Source: Octopus sinensis (Eukaryota). Taken from it: a stretch of DNA of 64,000 bases. The notes beneath the pieces are model-generated. The model did not search any database. It was given only the letters and a program-made list of their open reading frames with translations, and was not told the DNA's origin. A program made the translations under genes and the position numbers. Positions 63,491-64,000 of this stretch are shown in pieces (positions within the stretch are counted from its first letter, which is position 1; each line of letters begins with the position of its first letter). The DNA is taken from NCBI RefSeq assembly GCF_006345805.1, contig NC_043010.1:44392001-44456000 (forward strand), given 5' to 3'.

Positions 63491-64000
63491 ATCACCATTT
63501 ATAAAATTAAAGGAAATGTATGTTGTGTCTCATCGACACTGTTGTCCTTCTTTGAACTCACTGTATATGCCATTTTATAACAGGGACTTATAACAAGGTT
63601 ATAACAATACAAGTCAGAAACAACATGTAACAAACGATATCTCTACTCAATGACTTCTATAACTGTCTTCACAAAGCACCTGCACACACCACACTGTCTT
63701 TCACTGACAGTGCGCATGTTGCTTTATATGGTTTAGGACAGTTGACTTGCTATCCCACAGGGGTGTCAGGATTTCATCACAACAATATATTTGTTTTCAC
63801 CAACAACAGCAGTACAGTACTCATATTCACATACTCACTGTTCAGAAAGTCCTGGTTATGGTCAAGCTCAATTGACTAATCTAATCAATTTCAGATAACA
63901 CCAAAGTCACAATGTGACTTCTGCATCATCTTCATTAGAAGGTGACTTCAAGAGAAATTAATGGGAAATAATTGCATTCATGCACATGACAGTTTTTAAC

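Overview
AT-rich eukaryotic genomic DNA, most likely from an octopod cephalopod (inferred from the tRNA-derived SINE families, RTE 3' ends and microsatellite load; no database search was possible). The window appears to lie inside one large minus-strand gene. Two coding exons are well supported: a giant 5,952-nt symmetric (phase 1-1) exon at 39239-45190 and a 649-nt Gln-rich exon at 32561-33209, and they join in frame (..PD|DGITDS..). The giant exon starts with a basic cluster and a PRGQYNLDFLDEMNPF..SPP / NPF..SPP / DPF..SP motif series typical of TACC-family proteins. It also holds a 110-aa tandem duplication and about 15-16 copies of an acidic 36-aa repeat. The TACC coiled-coil exons and the upstream exons were not found and may lie outside the window. 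The introns are full of transposons: SINEs (four or more families), RTE, CR1/Jockey-type and L1/Tx1 LINE fragments, Penelope-like (PLE) pieces, mariner and Tigger relics, and hAT, Tc/pogo-type and TTAA (piggyBac-type) MITEs, several with recognisable target-site duplications (TSDs) and nesting. The main features not in the ORF track are six minimal hammerhead-ribozyme-like motifs in two families, an 83-nt near-perfect hairpin, and candidate alternative first exons. No CRISPR arrays, rRNA or genuine tRNA genes were found.
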